A stretch of 64,000 bases of DNA from Candidatus Fermentibacterota bacterium. Lineage in GTDB: Bacteria > Fermentibacterota > Fermentibacteria > Fermentibacterales > JCC-6. The stretch lies in assembly GCA_030592645.1 (NCBI GenBank), contig JAUVIR010000001.1, forward strand, positions 38,881 through 102,880, in the 5' to 3' direction. The translations under genes and the position numbers were made by a program. Below the pieces are notes generated by a model. It was not told the origin of the DNA and did no database searches. It saw only the letters and a program-made list of their open reading frames with translations. Below are positions 59,103-64,000 of the stretch, one piece after another. Every line of letters begins with the position of its first letter. The stretch's first letter is position 1.

Positions 59103-59860
59103 ACCAGTCAGATAAAAGCAGTTCGATCTGTGCGGTATGCGGAGCAGGTGAAACCGGCCTTTTCGTGACCAGGGAGCTGGTCAGGTACGGTTACTCAGTC
59201 ATAGTCATGGATACCGATCCAGGCGCTCTTAAAACAGCGGCTGACATTGGGGACAGCGTTACCGGTATACAGGGCAACTGTCTGACTGACAGTGTATTGA
59301 AAAAAGCGAATTTGATCAATGTTCAAGCATTGTTCTGTGTACTTCCAGACGACAGAAGCAACGTCTTTCTAAGCCTTTCTGCGAGAAGAATCAACCCCGA
59401 ACTGGAGATATACTCGGTAGCATCAGATATCTCTGCTGAGAGAAAACTGAAACTTGTGGGAGCAAGACGGACGGTCAATCAGGATACTGCGGAAGGATTC
59501 AGGATCTCCAATGAGATGATCCGGCCGAATGTTGCCAGATTTCTTGACAGGATAGTCTTTGCCCGCGAGAATACCGAAGGTTATATCAGTATTGAGATCA
59601 GTGAAGGATGCCCTTCCATAGGATGGACACTGAAAAAGCTGAAACTGAATGGAAAAACAGGTGTCGTTATAATTGCCGTCATGAGAACCGATGACAGCTA
59701 CGTTTACAGCCCTTCGGGTGATTTCCGGCTTTCAGAGAATGACAAACTCATCTGTTTCGGTACGGAGGATGAGAGGGAATCCATTAAGAAACTCCTGTGG
59801 AGCAGTAAACAGGATAGAACAGACAGATGGAAAAGACTCCGACATAAATTCAAAAAATGA
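59099..59860 (+). CDS. Soluble RCK-domain protein (TrkA-N plus TrkA-C) with a GTG start, a probable gating or regulatory partner of the channel.
   Basis: '[18 protein letters not shown]' is a Rossmann motif, and the C-terminal '[32 protein letters not shown]' is a TrkA-C region. The start overlaps the channel gene stop. Confidence 0.7.
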   Translation: MNQSDKSSSICAVCGAGETGLFVTRELVRYGYSVIVMDTDPGALKTAADIGDSVTGIQGNCLTDSVLKKANLINVQALFCVLPDDRSNVFLSLSARRINPELEIYSVASDISAERKLKLVGARRTVNQDTAEGFRISNEMIRPNVARFLDRIVFARENTEGYISIEISEGCPSIGWTLKKLKLNGKTGVVIIAVMRTDDSYVYSPSGDFRLSENDKLICFGTEDERESIKKLLWSSKQDRTDRWKRLRHKFKK

Positions 59861-59863
59861 ACT

Positions 59864-59939
59864 GGTCGGGGCGGCCGGATTTGAACCGGCGACCCCCTGC
59901 TCCCAAAGCAGGTGCGCTACCGAACTGCGCCACGCCCCG
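59864..59939 (-). tRNA. tRNA-Pro (anticodon UGG).
   Basis: The reverse complement reads CGGGGCG-TGGCGCAGTTCGGTAGCGCA-CCTGC-TTTGGGA-GCAGG-GGGTC-GCCGGTTCAAATCCGGC-CGCCCCG-A-CCA. It has a 7-bp acceptor stem, a D-arm, a 5-bp anticodon stem around the loop TTTGGGA, a T-arm 'GGTTCAAATCC', and an encoded CCA. Confidence 0.9.
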
Positions 59940-60096
59940 ATTTCCGAAGGCTATATTCTACAGATTCAATGACCCTGATGGCAAGTGCAAAAGCTCCTGA
60001 AGACTTGACTTACGCAATCTACGGGAACCATATTTGCCTTTATTACATTCCTTTGAAGACTTATCGTAATTCACAATCCTGAGAGGATCCACGCAG

Positions 60097-61761
60097 ATGT
60101 TTAAGAAACTCTTTCTAATCCTGTTTGTAGCGGCAGCATTATCTAATGCAGGTAGAACCATGCTGTCGAACGATTTCAGTTACTCTGTTCCCCACTATTC
60201 CGTTACTATCATAGATGTAAATATGTCAGAAGTTAGATTCCTTGAAGACGCGGGATTCCTCATTGAATGGGCGCACGGCGGAAAAGCCATGATATACGTC
60301 GATGCACAGCAGGAGGATATGCTCCGTCATATCGGATTCAATCCAATTCCTGTTCCCATAACTGAACCTCTTGTACCCTACCCGTCACTTGATGCCATAT
60401 ACAATTCGATAGACGCTGTTGTTGCCGCCCACCCGGATATCTGCAGGAAGGAAACGATAGGCACAAGTGTAGAGGGGAGACCCATTGTAGCTGTTATCGT
60501 TTCGGACAATCCCTTGAATGAAGAAATCGAACCCGAGATGAGGATCCATGGCGGGATACACGGCGATGAACCGGCTTCGTCAACCACAACTCTCCACTAC
60601 CTTGAAGTACTGACGGATAATTACGCCACGAGTTCCATGTGTGCGTACATTGTAAATAATACTGAGTCATGGATAATCCCTGTTCTCAATCCCGATGGTT
60701 ACTTTCATGATCAAAGGTCCAACGCCCATGGAATAGATCTGAACAGGAATCTGAGCTATATGTGGACCGGCGCGGGAGGCGGATCTGCTCCCTTCTGCGA
60801 GCCGGAAACAGCGGCCCTGCGAGACCTTACCATGCAGAGCTGGCCAGCTATTGAGAATTTTAAGAACCCCTTCACAGCCGGACTTTCGCTTCACGGCGGC
60901 GCCGCATGCATCAATACCGTCTGGAATTACACTGGAAACCCTCTTCCGGAGGATTCGGGAGTTGTCCATCAGCAGGCTCTTGATTACGCTGCTGTTCCTG
61001 GAATAGTAAGCTATTTCAGCGGTAGTTTCTGGATAGCATATCCGGGATGGAGCTGGTACGAAACTCATGGGGACGTCAACGACTGGAGCTACGGTGAATG
61101 CGGAACTATCGATCACACCATCGAAGTGCATGATAATAAGCATGTATCCGACTGGCCCGGTGTTGCCAACGCACATTACATTGCAATACTTGAGTTTTTC
61201 ACGAACAGCACCTACGGTATCTGGGGAACCGTTACGAATACTTCGGGAGATCCCATAGATGCCCAGCTTTCGATAGGCATACATGATGGTACGGATTCTG
61301 AAACCCTCAGATTCTGCAGAACTGACGTAACCCTTGGTGATTATCATAAAACACTTCTTCCCGATACATACGATGTGGTGGTGACCGCTTCCGGTTACAC
61401 ATCACAGTCTGTAGAGAATGTATCAGTTGGTCCACAGGAGAGGGTTGAAGTGAGTTTTGTCCTTTCCAATGTGGGGATAGAGGGCTCCGAAGAGACATTC
61501 GAAGGAACTTTCTCGGTCTTCCCCAACCCATCACAGGAATCCTGTAGTTTCGCAGTCCCGCAGCCGGGGGTTGGAGGAATCGTATCTATTTACGATATTA
61601 CAGGCCGTTCTATCATTGTTATGGATGTTTCTCCGGTAACTGAGAACTTCGTATGGAACCTGAGGAATAACAACGGTTCTGAAGTTCCTTCCGGAATCTA
61701 CATTGCGCGCTTCTCGAATGGAGCTTCCAGCTGGAACGCAATGGTAATTGTAAACAGATAG
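60097..61761 (+). CDS. M14-family zinc carboxypeptidase with a T9SS C-terminal sorting domain.
   Basis: A signal peptide. Zn-ligand blocks 'HGGIHGDEPAS' and 'SLHGGAACIN'. The C-terminal tail 'FSVFPNPSQESCSF...VSIYDITGRSIIVMDVS...NNGSEVPSGIYIARF' is Por_Secre_tail-like. Confidence 0.75.
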   Translation: MFKKLFLILFVAAALSNAGRTMLSNDFSYSVPHYSVTIIDVNMSEVRFLEDAGFLIEWAHGGKAMIYVDAQQEDMLRHIGFNPIPVPITEPLVPYPSLDAIYNSIDAVVAAHPDICRKETIGTSVEGRPIVAVIVSDNPLNEEIEPEMRIHGGIHGDEPASSTTTLHYLEVLTDNYATSSMCAYIVNNTESWIIPVLNPDGYFHDQRSNAHGIDLNRNLSYMWTGAGGGSAPFCEPETAALRDLTMQSWPAIENFKNPFTAGLSLHGGAACINTVWNYTGNPLPEDSGVVHQQALDYAAVPGIVSYFSGSFWIAYPGWSWYETHGDVNDWSYGECGTIDHTIEVHDNKHVSDWPGVANAHYIAILEFFTNSTYGIWGTVTNTSGDPIDAQLSIGIHDGTDSETLRFCRTDVTLGDYHKTLLPDTYDVVVTASGYTSQSVENVSVGPQERVEVSFVLSNVGIEGSEETFEGTFSVFPNPSQESCSFAVPQPGVGGIVSIYDITGRSIIVMDVSPVTENFVWNLRNNNGSEVPSGIYIARFSNGASSWNAMVIVNR

Positions 61762-61784
61762 CTAGTTATTGAAAGGTTCAGAAT

Positions 61785-62042
61785 ATGGCACATAAGAAAT
61801 CATCTAGCAGCTCCAGGAACGGCCGCGACAGCGCCGGCAGAAGGCTTGGAGTGAAAAGTGCAGCCGGACAGCTTGTGTCCGCCGGAAGCATCATCGTCCG
61901 GCAGCGTGGAACCAGGATACATGCCGGAGTGAATGTGGGAAGAGGGAACGATGACACACTCTTCGCAAAAGCGGATGGCAGGATAAAATTTCATAGCATG
62001 GGTGGAAGAAAGGTTGCATCTGTAGTCCCAGAACAGATTTAA
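61785..62042 (+). CDS. rpmA: 50S ribosomal protein L27.
   Basis: '[24 protein letters not shown]...[27 protein letters not shown]...F' is the canonical L27 sequence. Confidence 0.95.
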   Translation: MAHKKSSSSSRNGRDSAGRRLGVKSAAGQLVSAGSIIVRQRGTRIHAGVNVGRGNDDTLFAKADGRIKFHSMGGRKVASVVPEQI

Positions 62043-62051
62043 CTTCCCACC

Positions 62052-63320
62052 ATGAAAGTTCAGTCCGATTTACTTCTGACAGACATTGGCGAACTGGTCA
62101 CAATGGCCGGTTCGCCTGGTCTTCGAAGGGGAGAGGCTGCCAGAGAACTTTCCATCATTCGGAACGCTGCGCTCGCTTCCTTCCAGGGTAAAATAGTGTG
62201 GACAGGACAAACGCGGGACGCGTTCGATAACGTAAAACTTGTTGATAACAGTCTTGAAATAAACGTATCAGGTAAAGTTATCACACCGGGTTTCGTAGAT
62301 TCGCATACTCATCCTCTTTACGCTGGAACCAGACAGGTTGAATTCGCCATGCGCGCCATGGGATCTGATTACGAAGATATCGCCGCAGCAGGTGGAGGAA
62401 TACTCAACAGCGTCACCAGAACCAGACAGGCTTCATCTGATGACCTTGAGGATAATCTTCTGAAACACCTTACGACCATGCTCCTCTATGGAACAACGAC
62501 TGTTGAGGTAAAGAGCGGTTACGGCCTCGATCTTGAAACTGAGGTCAGATGCCTTGAAACAGCCTCAAGGCTGGCTGCATACTGGCCCGGGACAATAACC
62601 GGAACATTCCTGGGTGCTCATGAAATACCTCAGGAATACCGGAATCGTCCGGATGAATACATCAGGTATCTCATAGATCATGTACTGCCCGAAATAAAAT
62701 CCAGGGAGCTTGCGGATTCTGTAGATATCTTCTGTGAAAAGGGTGTTTTCACTGCCGAACAATCAAGATACTACCTTCAGGCTGCAAAGACGATGGGATT
62801 CGGCATAAAGATGCACGCCGACGAATTCCACGATACGGATGGCGCTTCTGTCGCTGTGGATCTTGGCGCCATGAGCGCAGATCATCTGCTTTCCATTTCC
62901 GATCGGAATATCGAAAAAATCGCAGGAAGCGATACTGTGGCTACACTGCTGCCAGGAACAGCACTATTCCTGGGTAAGCCATTCCCTCCTGGAAGAAAAC
63001 TTCTCGATGCAGGCGCGGCTGTCGCAATAGCAACAGACTTCAATCCAGGCAGCTGTTTTTGTGAATCAATGCCTCTGATGATAAATCTTGCGGTATGCCA
63101 GTGCGGCTTTACTATAGAAGAAGCGGTAACCGCAGCTACGGTAAACGGTGCCGCAGCCCTTGGAATGGGCGATTACAAAGGCGCTCTTGCTCCAGGGATG
63201 GATGCGGATATGATACTCTGGGACCTTGATGATTACAGGGGTATTGCTTATCACATGGCAATACCTGATATTGAGGACTTGATTGTCGCTGGACAACTCG
63301 TTTCGGGTATGTTTGAGTAG
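62052..63320 (+). CDS. hutI: Imidazolonepropionase (amidohydrolase superfamily).
   Basis: 'GFVDSHTHPLYAGTR' is the metal-binding HxH, together with 'KMHADEF' and 'ATDFNPGSC'. The length and block order match HutI. Confidence 0.85.
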   Translation: MKVQSDLLLTDIGELVTMAGSPGLRRGEAARELSIIRNAALASFQGKIVWTGQTRDAFDNVKLVDNSLEINVSGKVITPGFVDSHTHPLYAGTRQVEFAMRAMGSDYEDIAAAGGGILNSVTRTRQASSDDLEDNLLKHLTTMLLYGTTTVEVKSGYGLDLETEVRCLETASRLAAYWPGTITGTFLGAHEIPQEYRNRPDEYIRYLIDHVLPEIKSRELADSVDIFCEKGVFTAEQSRYYLQAAKTMGFGIKMHADEFHDTDGASVAVDLGAMSADHLLSISDRNIEKIAGSDTVATLLPGTALFLGKPFPPGRKLLDAGAAVAIATDFNPGSCFCESMPLMINLAVCQCGFTIEEAVTAATVNGAAALGMGDYKGALAPGMDADMILWDLDDYRGIAYHMAIPDIEDLIVAGQLVSGMFE

Positions 63321-63357
63321 TATTGACAGCACTTCGTTGCAACCATGAGGATGAATA

Positions 63358-64000
63358 ATGATAGATATTGAACAGCGTCGGAAAGTTCAGGATCTTTTTC
63401 AGGAAGGTAAATACGAGAGCGCAGAGAAAATCCTGAATCGCATGATCAAAGAAAACCCTGAAGAAGCTTCAATACTCAATACCCTTGGTGATGTGCTTCT
63501 GAAGCTCGATCGCACCGAAGAAGCACTTGAACATTTTGGAGTAGCAGGGCAGCTCTACTGTACCAGCGGACTTCATTCGGCAGCTCTTTCAGTTGCAAGA
63601 AAAGCATTAAGAATGAATTCGGAATTCGCTGAAGCGCATTTCATTAAAGCTCTGAGCTACGATAGCCAGGGGAAATTCGAAGACGCCAAGAAAGAATATC
63701 TTCTTTACCTCAAATCGAAACCATCACTGAAGGAACCGCCCGTTCTTCAGTCATGCAATGCAATGACGAGACTTGATCCAGACGATAACAAGTGGGTTAT
63801 ACGCTTCGCCAAAGTAGCAGCAGCAAACGAGGATAAAGCTTTACTGAAACAGGCGATTGAAACCGCCCGGAACAGAAACATGAAGGAAATAGGTCAGCTT
63901 GAAAAGATGCTGACGAAGCTCGATAAGAAACTCAACAAAGAACCAACACGGCCGAAGAAAGCTCCGCCTGCAACAAAACCTGTTGAGAAGAAGAAAGCTC
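63358..64000 (+). CDS. TPR-repeat protein with a Lys/Pro-rich tail, with its 3' end beyond the window.
   Basis: An ATG at 63358 after AGGATGAA. TPR-like repeats ('EASILNTLGDVLLKLDRTEEALEHF' and 'AEAHFIKALSYDSQGKFEDAKKEY'). No stop codon before the window end. Confidence 0.6.
   Translation, partial: MIDIEQRRKVQDLFQEGKYESAEKILNRMIKENPEEASILNTLGDVLLKLDRTEEALEHFGVAGQLYCTSGLHSAALSVARKALRMNSEFAEAHFIKALSYDSQGKFEDAKKEYLLYLKSKPSLKEPPVLQSCNAMTRLDPDDNKWVIRFAKVAAANEDKALLKQAIETARNRNMKEIGQLEKMLTKLDKKLNKEPTRPKKAPPATKPVEKKKA

Noticed and set aside
59691-59972. A 93-aa plus-strand ORF spanning the tRNA-Pro locus.
   Set aside because: It is read through the reverse complement of a tRNA gene and the end of the RCK gene. 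A frame-by-chance artefact.
1-64000. A CRISPR array, IS element, integrase or prophage boundary.
   Set aside because: Visual reading found no short direct repeats with regular spacers, no transposase or integrase-like ORFs, and no tRNA-adjacent att-like duplication. The tRNA-Pro flanks show no direct repeat.

Overview
This 64-kb window is a gene-dense (>90% coding) bacterial chromosomal segment of roughly 50% GC. It most likely comes from a Gram-negative, FCB-group-like or related candidate-phylum organism. The lineage call is an inference from content: Kdo2-lipid A genes (lpxB, waaA, lpxK), ADP-heptose genes, and two secreted enzymes with type IX secretion (T9SS) C-terminal sorting domains plus a PorV/PorQ-like outer-membrane protein. 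I call 56 protein-coding genes. Many sit in tightly overlapping operons, notably a ~10-gene translationally coupled string running ddl-ltaE-oxidoreductase-lpxB-waaA-lpxK-nadB-nlpC. Other clear housekeeping genes include polA, murJ, uvrC, sat, lipA, a lipoate ligase, surE, dus, rpmA and hutI. There is one tRNA-Pro(UGG), a cobalamin riboswitch upstream of a TonB-dependent receptor, a clean bidirectional terminator and a long intergenic inverted repeat. I found no CRISPR array, IS element, integrase or obvious defence island. The most unusual content is gene architecture rather than a mobile system: a 1397-aa tandem-activase/dehydratase fusion protein, a secreted SagB-type dehydrogenase, ATP sulfurylase translationally coupled to a degenerate APS-kinase-like ORF, a DUF374-KdtA fusion, a PHP-phosphoesterase/GT4 fusion, an ion channel with a non-canonical selectivity filter, and two ABC-2 exporter cassettes with uncharacterised accessory genes. 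All functional calls rest on by-eye motif recognition in the supplied translations. No database search was run.
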